IMG/VR virus record: IMGVR_UViG_3300005323_000075
Coordinates: 1 to 37,052 of that record
DNA: 37,052 nucleotides
Direction: 5' to 3' (one strand)
Origin: a virus
Taxonomy: Duplodnaviria > Caudoviricetes
In this document: piece after piece, positions 25,942 to 35,197 of the stretch
Layout of the letters: the number at the start of each line of letters is the position of its first letter
How positions within the stretch are numbered: position 1 is the first letter of the stretch
Program-made: the position numbers and the translations under genes
The notes under the pieces: generated by a model
The model's input: only the letters and a program-made list of their open reading frames with translations
The model's database searches: none
Told to the model about the DNA's origin: nothing

Positions 25942-26316
25942 TTATAGCACTTTATCTTCTTGCTCTATATAATCAAAAAAAGCCGAAACTCTTAAAGGCT
26001 CTCCTGGATAAACTGCATATTTTTCCAGTGATAGTTTCATTTGTTTTTTATTGCATTTATCGAATAATAGAACATTAACATTTTTTGTTTCAAATGGTGA
26101 TGCGGTTAATTCCCTTGGAGCTTTATGCTGACTGTTCGATCTAAACGAAAATATGATTTCCCCTCTCAATACTTTTGCAGATGGGTATGATATAGAATTA
26201 ATCCAAATATAAATTCCGTTTTCATCAACTAGATTAAGGTTCAAATCTAAAATAAACAATTTCCATTCTGACGTGGCGGAATCATCCACCAAATTCAAAC
26301 TGCTTGTACTTGACAT
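25942..26316 (-). CDS. Hypothetical protein (moron)
   Basis: GGAGG RBS upstream of an AT-rich ORF. Confidence 0.6.
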   Translation of the reverse strand: MSSTSSLNLVDDSATSEWKLFILDLNLNLVDENGIYIWINSISYPSAKVLRGEIIFSFRSNSQHKAPRELTASPFETKNVNVLLFDKCNKKQMKLSLEKYAVYPGEPLRVSAFFDYIEQEDKVL

Positions 26317-26355
26317 TTTTAAACCTCCTATCAGCTCCGAACATTACTTATTACA

Positions 26356-26541
26356 TTATTTACTTTCATCCGCATCTATTCTGTCCATCGTGAACCAGTG
26401 CCCACCGTTCCAACTCTTAATTTCTGTCCCACAACCTTTAACTTCACAGGTTAAAGATTCTTTATCTCTCATTGGAGTCTTGTGTTCCGAAACAAGGTAC
26501 TTTGCACCACATCCTTTGCATTCGATCGTTTCTTCGTTCAT
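26356..26541 (-). CDS. Small zinc-ribbon-like protein
   Basis: CKGC...CEVKGC motif and AGGAG RBS. Confidence 0.65.
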   Translation of the reverse strand: MNEETIECKGCGAKYLVSEHKTPMRDKESLTCEVKGCGTEIKSWNGGHWFTMDRIDADESK

Positions 26542-26683
26542 TGCTTTCTCCTTTTTTCATTTTCTTTATCTATATAATCGAAGGAATTAAGTCTACGAAA
26601 ATTGCTTATTTTTTTACGACTTATCGAAAAAAAGGGGATATGTGATTCTAATTTCTACCGACATTATTCTTTCTTATTGAGAT

Positions 26684-26890
26684 TTATTTTTTATAAATAA
26701 TAATCGCCTTATATCTTTTCGAATCACTTAAATCTCCATCATGAAAACATGAGAAGCTATACTCGGAAGGATTTTGTTGTTCGATAAAGCGTTTAATCGA
26801 GTTCTCTAAATTAGAAACAGATCCTTCCTTTATAGTTTCTGAGCAAACTATTGCAGTCGTTCCAATGAATTGTTCTTCTTTTTCAAACAT
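26684..26890 (-). CDS. Hypothetical protein
   Basis: Likely start MFEKEEQ at 26890. The longer ORF call overlaps the upstream gene. Confidence 0.45.
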   Translation of the reverse strand: MFEKEEQFIGTTAIVCSETIKEGSVSNLENSIKRFIEQQNPSEYSFSCFHDGDLSDSKRYKAIIIYKK

Positions 26891-26942
26891 GATGTACCCC
26901 GTTATAGTTATATTATTTCTAATCCTTTTTTCTTTGCCCCTA

Positions 26943-27203
26943 TTATCTAGGTTCCGGCCCCATATGAGCCAGAAGATAGTCATTATGTTTCTCTTCATTC
27001 TGCAGCCATTCATCACTCTTCCGCGCCAAGAGCGGGAGAACGTGTTCATAGAAACATGCTGGATCATATTTGAATTTTTCAGCCGCAAAGATAACACTGC
27101 TGAGTAAATCGGCAAAGTTCCCTGAAAGGGTAGACCTCATCTCGAAACTATTTAAACGGTTTTTAATTTCAATCATCGTTTTTTCAATATCAGCTGGCAT
27201 CAC
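26943..27203 (-). CDS. Hypothetical protein
   Basis: GTGA overlap with the upstream ORF. Confidence 0.55.
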   Translation of the reverse strand: MMPADIEKTMIEIKNRLNSFEMRSTLSGNFADLLSSVIFAAEKFKYDPACFYEHVLPLLARKSDEWLQNEEKHNDYLLAHMGPEPR

Positions 27204-27445
27204 TCTTTCTCCATTCCTTTCATCCCATCCCGCATCTTTTCCAGAATGGGGACCCCTTTATCGTAGAACATTGTAGGATTGTCTTTGAAAGTGTAAGTCA
27301 AAAATAGGACGAAATTCAGAACGACGAGGGCACATTTTGCCAATGTTCTGCTTTGTCCGCAGTAGGTAGCTGTCTCTTTAAAATGGGAAAGAATTTCATC
27401 ATTCACTGAAGAGTGATGAGCTGAAGAAGAAATATCTGGTACCAT
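27200..27445 (-). CDS. Hypothetical protein downstream of the repressor
   Basis: GGCGG RBS-like site, co-oriented with the repressor. Confidence 0.5.
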   Translation of the reverse strand: MVPDISSSAHHSSVNDEILSHFKETATYCGQSRTLAKCALVVLNFVLFLTYTFKDNPTMFYDKGVPILEKMRDGMKGMEKE

Positions 27446-27484
27446 ATCCGCCGCCTTTTTTTATCTGTGTTCAAAATCTTTTTT

Positions 27485-28345
27485 TTATCCCTTCTCCCAC
27501 CATCTCCATGTCATCACCAAGGCGCCGACAACCTGGCAACGGTCGGGGCCCTGACAAACAATGGGTGCAAATGCGGGATTTTCCGCTTTAAGAATTATCG
27601 AATGATCTTCAAAGAACACCCGCTTCAGAGTCGCATCCGTACCGACTACCGCCGCAACGATATCGCCGTTGGCAACTTCATCAAGAGGGGACACAACCTC
27701 CCGAAGCAGGGCAAAATCTCCATTGTGAATACCTGCGCCAATCATTGATTCGCCCCGTACACGAAGGGCAAAAAGGCGACGGCCTTTGGGTTTTGCAACG
27801 CCCTGCGGCAGGTGCAGAATCTGTTCAACGTTATCACTGGCAAAGATCGGATTCCCCGCAGCGATCTGCCCAAGAAGGGGCACATCCATTACCGTGGGAA
27901 GATCGACAACCTTTGCAGCATACAAGGAGGAAGGTTCTTTCACCTTGGATCCCTTTTTCGCAATGGAAATTCCTTTCAGTGCGGCGCGCCAGCCGGTAAA
28001 TGCCCGAACCTCTTTTTGATCATCACCGGGCAGTGCATTATATAGCGGGATAAATTCTTCATCTGATGGAACTAGAATCTGCGGCGCGGTACCGACGGAA
28101 TCGGCAGATACATGAGCACTCTGCTTGCCGTCCGTGCGCAGGAACATCTCTCCCTCGCCGGTAAGGAGCCAGTTCAAGGACACCTTATATCTTTCAGAAA
28201 TTTGAGCAAGAACGGTCGAGGATAGGCTATTCGCTCTCCCTTTCAGATAGTCCGTTATAGCGGAAGGCGTCAGCCCAATTTCTTTCGCAAAAGAACTCTG
28301 GGTTACGTCGAGCTCGGACATTAAATCTTTTAATCGATCACGCAT
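27485..28345 (-). CDS. CI/LexA-type repressor (XRE HTH plus S24 peptidase)
   Basis: HTH TQSSFAKEIGLT...IT.Y..G, cleavage site IAAG.P, catalytic GESM and ATLKR. Confidence 0.93.
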   Translation of the reverse strand: MRDRLKDLMSELDVTQSSFAKEIGLTPSAITDYLKGRANSLSSTVLAQISERYKVSLNWLLTGEGEMFLRTDGKQSAHVSADSVGTAPQILVPSDEEFIPLYNALPGDDQKEVRAFTGWRAALKGISIAKKGSKVKEPSSLYAAKVVDLPTVMDVPLLGQIAAGNPIFASDNVEQILHLPQGVAKPKGRRLFALRVRGESMIGAGIHNGDFALLREVVSPLDEVANGDIVAAVVGTDATLKRVFFEDHSIILKAENPAFAPIVCQGPDRCQVVGALVMTWRWWEKG

Positions 28346-28420
28346 TACGAATATTCGTATTTTTCCTATCTTATTAAGAAATATCGTAAATTATCATTGA
28401 CTTCTTTACGATATTTCGTA
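28346..28420. promoter_or_regulatory. Three palindromic operators in the divergent control region
   Basis: TACGAATATTCGTA (28346-28359), TAAGAAATATCGTA (28375-28388) and TACGATATTTCGTA (28407-28420). TTGACT -35 at 28397-28402. Confidence 0.8.
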
Positions 28421-28445
28421 TTAGTAGTTCTATTAGTAGTAAGAA

Positions 28446-28468
28446 CCGCCTGCCAAAATGGCAGGCGG
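28446..28468 (+). other. Perfect GC-rich hairpin in the early-operon leader
   Basis: CCGCCTGCCA-AAA-TGGCAGGCGG with no following U-tract. Confidence 0.7.
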
Positions 28469-28509
28469 AACACTGGTAAATGTCAAACCATTAATTAAAG
28501 GAGGTTCAT

Positions 28510-28818
28510 ATGCGTAACACTACGCAAGCTTCACAAGCGCTCACGCGCGAACTCTCAACTGACACCCGTATGATCATACGGAGTGCTGCAGATGTCAAAC
28601 GGCAGCTCCTTATGAAGTACGGAAGTTTGTCAAAAGCGGCGAAAACGTTGGATGTTCCTTACAACCAGCTTTCCGATGTTCTCAATGGCCGCCTGCATAC
28701 AAGTTACATCTTGGCAGCGTTCAAAGATGATCTCAAAATTTCCGATGCCGAGATAGAGGCTCTCTTTCCTCGCCCAATGAGCGCCCGCGAATACAAACTC
28801 GCGCAGGCGACAGCGTAA
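28510..28818 (+). CDS. Ner/Cro-like HTH regulator
   Basis: SLSKAAKTLDV.YNQLS.VLNG HTH, AGGAGG RBS, first gene divergent from the repressor. Confidence 0.75.
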   Translation: MRNTTQASQALTRELSTDTRMIIRSAADVKRQLLMKYGSLSKAAKTLDVPYNQLSDVLNGRLHTSYILAAFKDDLKISDAEIEALFPRPMSAREYKLAQATA

Positions 28819-28827
28819 GGAGGGAAT

Positions 28828-29061
28828 GTGAAAAATATTCTCAAAGTTCTCCGCTTCTTCTTCGCTAATCCTGGTCAGCTTTTCATCTGCGCAGAAGTTT
28901 CAAGAGCGCTTTCTCTTCCGGAACGGAATGTCAGCAACTATCTGAAAACACTTACAGACGAAGGGTTTATACGCCGCGAAGCGCGCGCATATAGGCTGAG
29001 TGAATCAATCGTGTCCGGATCAATCCGGTCATTAAAATCTATTACTGGAAATATGAGGTAA
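28828..29061 (+). CDS. Small winged-HTH protein (IclR-like HTH)
   Basis: EVSRAL.L....V..YL.TL...GFI......YRL pattern. GTG start with AAGGAGG. Confidence 0.7.
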   Translation: MKNILKVLRFFFANPGQLFICAEVSRALSLPERNVSNYLKTLTDEGFIRREARAYRLSESIVSGSIRSLKSITGNMR

Positions 29062-29063
29062 CA

Positions 29064-29870
29064 ATGGGAAAGTCGCAAAATACCCAACTCGCTATTGTAG
29101 ATGACATGTCTGAAATCCGCGAAAGTTATATTGATCCGGCAACTGATACGGAAATAACCGTAAGTGCGGAACAGCGTGTTGCTCTCGCCGAGATGGAAAT
29201 TCAGATCGCGTCTAGTCTGACAACTCTGATGCTTGGGCTCAAACGGATCAGAGATTCTAAATTGTATCTTCTCCGCAGTGACACGTTTGACGAATATCTT
29301 CGGATGATCGGCATTGCCCCTCGCACCGCATACCGGCAATTGCAGATTGCGGACACCTTCGGAAAAAGTGAACACTTTGAAGAATTATCCCGCCTTCCGC
29401 AGACAATGCTTCTTGAAGCGGCAAAAAACAACGATCTTGCAGCACAGCTGTGCGATGGCGAAGTTAAAACCGCCGACGGAGAAATTCTGACCATCGAAGA
29501 GATTGTCAATTCAGGAGCGGCAAAACTTCGTGCGGAACTGGAAAAAACTCAGAAAGGATTTCGCAATTACAAAAAGAAATACGAAGCAGCGGACGAAGAC
29601 CGCAAATTAAAAGACAGCGAGCTCGCCGAGTGGAAGGATAAATTCGGCCCTGAAAACTACATCCGCATCACCAAAAAGAAAGACGCTCTTGGCGCACTCT
29701 TCTCTGCTGAAGGCGAAATCGGAAGCGTTGTTCAAACACTCGACAGTATTGATTCGACTGATGTTGAAGTTATCGCAAAACTAGGCGCGCTGATCGGTCA
29801 GATTAAATTTGCGGTCGATGCTCTTGAAGACAAGTGGATGCCGCATCTTGTTTCAGGTGCAGAAAAATGA
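29064..29870 (+). CDS. DUF3102-like protein preceding the transposase
   Basis: L..IR..KLY.....TF.EY....GI..RTA....Q.A motif and C-terminal coiled coil, with Mu-like synteny. Confidence 0.65.
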   Translation: MGKSQNTQLAIVDDMSEIRESYIDPATDTEITVSAEQRVALAEMEIQIASSLTTLMLGLKRIRDSKLYLLRSDTFDEYLRMIGIAPRTAYRQLQIADTFGKSEHFEELSRLPQTMLLEAAKNNDLAAQLCDGEVKTADGEILTIEEIVNSGAAKLRAELEKTQKGFRNYKKKYEAADEDRKLKDSELAEWKDKFGPENYIRITKKKDALGALFSAEGEIGSVVQTLDSIDSTDVEVIAKLGALIGQIKFAVDALEDKWMPHLVSGAEK

Positions 29871-31507
29871 AAGAAATACCTTCAGGAATACTTGAGGGAA
29901 TCTACCGCGACTGGGATGCGTTACCGCACCGGGAGAAAAAGGAATTCCTCAAGCATCGCGCAGAACATATTTGCGGTTGTTCCGTCGATACATTGTATCG
30001 CGCCATTCGCAAAATGAAAAATGGTCAGCGCGTTGCAAGAAGAGCCGATCATGGAAAACCGAGAGTTGCCGACAAAGAAACTATCCGCAAAGATATGATG
30101 ACCATTTCTGGGCTCATCAATGAATCCGCGGTAGGACGTTCAAGAGTATGTCTTTCGGTTGAAGAGGCGGTGGATTTTGCATATTCCCAAGGATTCCTTC
30201 ATCAAAAGTATTCTGTAACAACGGCACGCCGGTATCTTGGCAGTATGGGCATAACCCGCAGTCGCATCATCACGCCGGTTGCGAGTGTTTCTATCGATGT
30301 GGAGCATTCAAACGATGTGTGGTATCTCGATGCAACACCGGCAAATCAGATTTTTCTTCGTCCTAAAACCGGAACGCTCAAGCGTGATGGGTCTTATTAT
30401 GAAGATCATTCTCACTCCGGGGATCGTCTGCAAAGAGACTTTCTTGATAAGATTTGGATCTATGTCGCAGTCGATGGCGCATCGCGTGCGTACTACGCGA
30501 AGGCCTATGCAGGGCTGCATCTTGGAGAAAACACTCTTCACTGGATAGAGTTTCTCTCGGAATGCATTCTCCCAAAATCGAACGGAATACCAATGAACGG
30601 ACGTCCTAAAATTGTGTATTCAGACAAAGGCTCTGGCTTAACCAGCGGCGATATGGCGCGCTTTTTCAAATATCTGGACATCAGTCCAGAAGTGCATTTG
30701 CCGGGCAACCCGCGTGCAAAAGGAAAAGTTGAGTCACGAATCGGTGCTATTAAAAAACGTATAGAAACGCTTATGGCGCTCTGCACGTTTGAGACAATCG
30801 AACAATTTAATTCAGTACTCCAGGCTCGTGCACATCTCGATAACCAGCGTAAAGGTCATTATGATTCCTGGCTCAAACAGCTCGATGGGCCGGTGCGCCT
30901 GTGCACACCGGAAGACATCATTCACGCGCAGGAAAAACCCTTTGTCCGCAAGGTGAACAATCAGGGATGCGTATCGATAGAAAGCCAGCTCTGGTTTGTC
31001 GATTGGGATATGGTCGGCCGCACTGTCGATGTGCATCGGACAATCCACGGAGTTATGATCGCAGAAGATATCGATGGAAAAGTGTTCCAGTGCGAAAAAG
31101 GTCCCAAGACTGTCACCTTCGGATCGTATAACAGTGCACCAAAAAGCGAAATGAGAATAATGCAGCAGGAAGCGGTGCTTGAAGGCAAGCGGTTGCGCTC
31201 GCTTATTTCTCCAAGAGATTTAGTACCCTCACAAACTAACATCTCACACATCACTCCTAAAAAGGGTGAGTCTCTCGAAAAAGCCGGAAGGGTTCCCCTC
31301 GAAAGTTACGATTCTACAGAAATGGCGTGGCTCTATGTAGCCTACGAAACAGGAATTCCCCGCGCTGAAATTCCCACAGATATTCGCGATGCGGTCGACG
31401 ATGTTTTTGATTCTCACATCAAACTCTACGGTCTGATCGATCGCAACATTATTTTAAGTATTACAACAATGGTAAAAAAGGAGGTCAGGCATGTCGCAGC
31501 AAACTGA
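29867..31507 (+). CDS. DDE transposase (MuA-like)
   Basis: R..RAD.G, WYLDAT (D), YSDKGS (D), NPRAKGKVE (E) and C-terminal RKV...G.VS. Start at the ATGA overlap (29867). Confidence 0.92.
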   Translation: MKEIPSGILEGIYRDWDALPHREKKEFLKHRAEHICGCSVDTLYRAIRKMKNGQRVARRADHGKPRVADKETIRKDMMTISGLINESAVGRSRVCLSVEEAVDFAYSQGFLHQKYSVTTARRYLGSMGITRSRIITPVASVSIDVEHSNDVWYLDATPANQIFLRPKTGTLKRDGSYYEDHSHSGDRLQRDFLDKIWIYVAVDGASRAYYAKAYAGLHLGENTLHWIEFLSECILPKSNGIPMNGRPKIVYSDKGSGLTSGDMARFFKYLDISPEVHLPGNPRAKGKVESRIGAIKKRIETLMALCTFETIEQFNSVLQARAHLDNQRKGHYDSWLKQLDGPVRLCTPEDIIHAQEKPFVRKVNNQGCVSIESQLWFVDWDMVGRTVDVHRTIHGVMIAEDIDGKVFQCEKGPKTVTFGSYNSAPKSEMRIMQQEAVLEGKRLRSLISPRDLVPSQTNISHITPKKGESLEKAGRVPLESYDSTEMAWLYVAYETGIPRAEIPTDIRDAVDDVFDSHIKLYGLIDRNIILSITTMVKKEVRHVAAN

Positions 31508-32408
31508 ACACGGAATCGTCGCAACACAATCTTTCGTAAAGGCTCACAAAAGGATAAACGCGGCGGTCAAAACAAATGGGTTTCTTTCAATATCAGGACA
31601 CCCCGGAATGGGAAAGTCATTCATCAAGGAAATGACGCTTGGTAAATATCGCGAGACGCGCTCACGGTATGAAGTTATCGAATTTCCTGCAATGGCAAAA
31701 AACAGAGAGATCACCGGTGCAATAATGAGCACGATGATCCGCTCTCTTTCTGCAGAACGTGCACGTGGAGATATCATCGCACGCACCACGCAGCTTACCC
31801 GCATACTTCTCGATGTATCAAGAACCCGTTCAATTATACTCTCTATCGATGAAGCGCATGACCTTCATCCGGACACATTATACGGACTTAAAAAAATGCA
31901 CGAACTCGGAAGAGAAGGAACCAGCCTTTTTTCAATTCTCATGTTCGGACAGCCTAAACTCGGAAGTATGATTTCTCCAAGAGAGCTCTGTCAGCGTATT
32001 TCTTTATATGAAGTTGAAGAGCTCACTGCCGATGAAGCTCAAGAATTCCTTAAACTCTGGGGGATCAGCATCACGAGTGATCGCGCATTTGAACGTTTTT
32101 ACAGTCACAGCGGAAAGACACCTCTGGCGATCAAGCATGCAGTCGCGGTTATGAAGACATTTATGGCAGAAGGCGAAACAAAAGCGACCGAGGATATAGT
32201 TGTCAGATGCATCTGCGGCGATCTTCGCGAGAAGATGAAAGAGGCCGGAATTACGTACTCAGATAACATACGCTATATCGAAGAGAAAACCGGAAAGAGA
32301 TTCGATAAAAGCACAATATCGAAATCCCTCTCCGGAGAGCTGCTTACAAAGACGGCAGATGACATCCGCGCATTGACCGCACAACGTATCAATCAAGCAC
32401 ACGCATAA
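31491..32408 (+). CDS. AAA+ transposition ATPase (MuB/ExeA-like)
   Basis: Walker A GHPGMGKS, Walker B ILSIDEAH and L.GQP.L. Confidence 0.88.
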   Translation: MSQQTEHGIVATQSFVKAHKRINAAVKTNGFLSISGHPGMGKSFIKEMTLGKYRETRSRYEVIEFPAMAKNREITGAIMSTMIRSLSAERARGDIIARTTQLTRILLDVSRTRSIILSIDEAHDLHPDTLYGLKKMHELGREGTSLFSILMFGQPKLGSMISPRELCQRISLYEVEELTADEAQEFLKLWGISITSDRAFERFYSHSGKTPLAIKHAVAVMKTFMAEGETKATEDIVVRCICGDLREKMKEAGITYSDNIRYIEEKTGKRFDKSTISKSLSGELLTKTADDIRALTAQRINQAHA

Positions 32409-32433
32409 AAAATAACAACAGGAGTGTATTCGT

Positions 32434-32952
32434 ATGACAAGAAAAAAACTATCAACCCCAATGGAAATCACCACAGCAGACGAAGCTAATGCCGCGCTGC
32501 GGGAAATCGGTACCCTTACAATCAAACTTGAAGCCATTGACGCAAAAGCAGATCAGGAAATCGGCAAGGTCAAAGAAAAAGCGGCGCTGCTCGGCGAAGA
32601 GCACCGCGAACGTATTACCGATCTTGAAGATGCCCTTTCACTTTTCTGCAAAGTCAATAAGCATAAGCTTTTCAATGAAAGAAAATCAATCCCGTTATCT
32701 TACGGAATCATCGGATTCAGACAGTCAACATCGGTAAAGACTAAACGCACCACCCTTGAGCTTGTAAAAAAACTCTTTCCCGATCGCATCAAAACTGCCA
32801 TCCGCGTTAAAGAAGAAGTCAACAAAGAAGATCTTAAAGAATGGGCGGATGAAGAACTCGCACAGGTCGATGCGGCCAAAGTTCCCGAAGACAAACCTTT
32901 CTATGAAGTCAATCGTGAAGAGGTGAATAAAAACCTCCTGAAGGCAGGATGA
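32434..32952 (+). CDS. gam: Mu Gam family host-nuclease inhibitor
   Basis: Coiled coil, KS..L.YG.IGFR.S and IR.KEEVNKE motifs. Confidence 0.88.
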   Translation: MTRKKLSTPMEITTADEANAALREIGTLTIKLEAIDAKADQEIGKVKEKAALLGEEHRERITDLEDALSLFCKVNKHKLFNERKSIPLSYGIIGFRQSTSVKTKRTTLELVKKLFPDRIKTAIRVKEEVNKEDLKEWADEELAQVDAAKVPEDKPFYEVNREEVNKNLLKAG

Positions 32953-32953
32953 T

Positions 32954-33391
32954 ATGAAGCATAGAGATGCGAATACGTCCGTCACAAAAAGCCAGTTAAA
33001 GTACATTTTTCTCTGCGCGAAAAAGTTGGGACTCGACAACTTGCTTTTACATGATGTGGTGTATGCGACAACGGCAAAGAAAAGCATCTCCAAGCTGACA
33101 AGTGGCGAGGCCGGGAACGTCATAGACGTTCTCGCCCGTCAGGCGTTTCCTAATGCACCAAAGAAAAGAGCATCAAATATCGTCTATCTCATATCAGCAG
33201 AACAAAGGGAGAAAATTCTCGAACTTCTTCTTCCTATGGGATGGAACGAACAAAAGGCAGATACTCTTTCTTTGAAAATGTACAAGAAGACGATGAGCCG
33301 ACTCTCCATGAAACAGGCTCAAGGTCTTATCGAAGCGCTTAAATCAATCCTATCCCGCGCAGAGAAAAAGCAGGAGGGATCCAATGAGTAG
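32954..33391 (+). CDS. GemA/Mu gp16 (DUF1018)-like protein
   Basis: Q...I....KKLGL...S...LT..EA..VI and S..Q..KI..L.....W......A..LIEALK motifs. Confidence 0.75.
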   Translation: MKHRDANTSVTKSQLKYIFLCAKKLGLDNLLLHDVVYATTAKKSISKLTSGEAGNVIDVLARQAFPNAPKKRASNIVYLISAEQREKILELLLPMGWNEQKADTLSLKMYKKTMSRLSMKQAQGLIEALKSILSRAEKKQEGSNE

Positions 33392-33743
33392 CTGCAGATT
33401 CTGCGAGATGCTTTCTCCTATAGAGATAGAAAGCATTATCCCTAAAATAGTGAAGATGCTGCAGCAAGCGGTATCGAGGGGAGCGGCAATAAACGAAGAT
33501 CAGATTCAGGCTCGTTTGGCATTCAAAGGGCTGTATGTTCCTCAAGAGCGAATGAGGATAATGATCGCGTATATTCGTATCAACTCGCTTGTTCCGGCTC
33601 TTGTTTTCGGACCGACGGGATTTTTCATCGCTACGGATAGCTCTACTGTAATGGATCAGGTTTCGGCTCTTCGATTCATTGCGACACTTATGGGTGCGGA
33701 AGCGGCGGCTCTTGAAGAACAGATTCAAATAACGACACACTGA
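33384..33743 (+). CDS. Hypothetical winged-helix-like protein
   Basis: R.R..I..IR........GFFIA pattern, translationally coupled. Confidence 0.6.
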   Translation: MSSCRFCEMLSPIEIESIIPKIVKMLQQAVSRGAAINEDQIQARLAFKGLYVPQERMRIMIAYIRINSLVPALVFGPTGFFIATDSSTVMDQVSALRFIATLMGAEAAALEEQIQITTH

Positions 33744-33754
33744 AGGAGATTACA

Positions 33755-34426
33755 ATGATACTGAGAAATGATTTATACCCGCAGATGATGGCAAAGCTCG
33801 AAGCGGTGGGAATGCAAAATGAACCGGCTAAACTCATCGGCATACGAAATGAAGATGGGCAAAAAGACGATTTGCTCAATGACTTTCTTCTACATTGCAC
33901 TGATGGGAAAAACGTGTTTCTGTCTCTGGGAACAACTGATCCTGGCATTCATGCGCGCATATCTCATCCGGAGGGACCGGCGCATATGTGTCTCGGCCTT
34001 CATAAGCAGATATGGGTCATCGGCACACATGCGAAAAGCAATCCTGCATTTGCGCATGAAGCTCTTTGCTCTCGCTCGGATAGAGGATGCCAGCCGGTAA
34101 AATACTGGCGTGATCGCAATAAGGATTTCATATATTCCATTGGAGACGACATTCAGGCGGATCCGGATGCTGGAATCAATATGCATCGAGCCTCAAAGTG
34201 TTCGGACATTAAACAGATCGGATTATACTTTGAGGGATGCCAAGGAAGGATTCGTGCTTCGGACCATGAAGCGATGATGGACGCGATTAAAAAGGTTCCG
34301 AAAGTGGCCGCAACGCACTTCAAAGGAACCAACCAACATCGTTTTTGGCAGGAAGAACCCGGAGCAGATTACTGGGCATATCTCTTTTCCTATCTTCTGA
34401 CGCTGAAAACAGAATGGAAGTTGTGA
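33755..34426 (+). CDS. Putative peptidoglycan-active enzyme (YkuD/L,D-transpeptidase-like lysin candidate)
   Basis: LIGIR, ND, TTDPG, W..G.H, RD.NKD and GINMH...IG.Y(F)EGCQ motifs. Confidence 0.55.
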   Translation: MILRNDLYPQMMAKLEAVGMQNEPAKLIGIRNEDGQKDDLLNDFLLHCTDGKNVFLSLGTTDPGIHARISHPEGPAHMCLGLHKQIWVIGTHAKSNPAFAHEALCSRSDRGCQPVKYWRDRNKDFIYSIGDDIQADPDAGINMHRASKCSDIKQIGLYFEGCQGRIRASDHEAMMDAIKKVPKVAATHFKGTNQHRFWQEEPGADYWAYLFSYLLTLKTEWKL

Positions 34427-34641
34427 TGCTTGTCTATCACAATCTTAACGGGCATCCGGAACCTGTCATATGTTTCTCTCTTCTGTGTCCCGAATTTGAA
34501 TGCTTCAATCCAGAGAAAAAAGACGGTTTCTGGTCCTGCCCTAAAAAAGAGTGTCCATCAATACTGAAAAAAAGAAGTTCCCCGAGTCCGTGGGAACTGA
34601 CCGACCAGATTAAAATACAAACAGGAAGGTATAAACGATGA
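34426..34641 (+). CDS. Small Cys-rich protein
   Basis: TGATG coupling at 34424-34428. Five Cys residues (C..LLC..FEC...C...C). Confidence 0.55.
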   Translation: MLVYHNLNGHPEPVICFSLLCPEFECFNPEKKDGFWSCPKKECPSILKKRSSPSPWELTDQIKIQTGRYKR

Positions 34642-35009
34642 CAACACGCGAAAGACGCCGGAAAGAAATACGCAGATTGAAGAGAGCAGGATCTCCTCAA
34701 TTTATTGAAGTACAAAAGGATGAATGGGAAAATCCTCCGCAGGGATTATCCCGTCTTTATAAAAACAACGAATATCTGGTTTTTATTTTCGACCGTATCC
34801 TCGATCCATACGGATACCGTTCGACAAAAGTGATGGTGCGTCATAATGCAGCTCGGCCTGTCGGCTGGGCCGAACTGCAGAAGATCAAAAATGAAATCTT
34901 CGGAGAAGAAATTCTCGCGGCACAATATCTTCCGCCCGAAATCCAGCTGGTAGATGATGCAACTATATACTGGTTTTTTATTAGAGAAAAGAGTGAGGCT
35001 GCGCAATGA
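34638..35009 (+). CDS. Conserved phage hypothetical protein
   Basis: W.ELQ.IKNE.FGEE..A....PP...LVD motif seen in phage proteins. Confidence 0.7.
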   Translation: MTTRERRRKEIRRLKRAGSPQFIEVQKDEWENPPQGLSRLYKNNEYLVFIFDRILDPYGYRSTKVMVRHNAARPVGWAELQKIKNEIFGEEILAAQYLPPEIQLVDDATIYWFFIREKSEAAQ

Positions 35010-35197
35010 ATAAGGATATTATTCGGAAAATTGGCGAAGCGTTAGAATCTTTATCAAGGGGTCGCACTGTTCAATTTTATTGGTGCGGCGAATGCATAAC
35101 GGTTACGGCCGATGATGCTCCAGGTATCCTGGACGGTATCAGATACCTTTTAGGCGGTGGTAGCTGGAGTATTTTTCAGGAGAATATAAATGGCTAA
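35006..35197 (+). CDS. Hypothetical protein
   Basis: ATGA overlap and GAGG RBS. Confidence 0.6.
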   Translation: MNKDIIRKIGEALESLSRGRTVQFYWCGECITVTADDAPGILDGIRYLLGGGSWSIFQENING

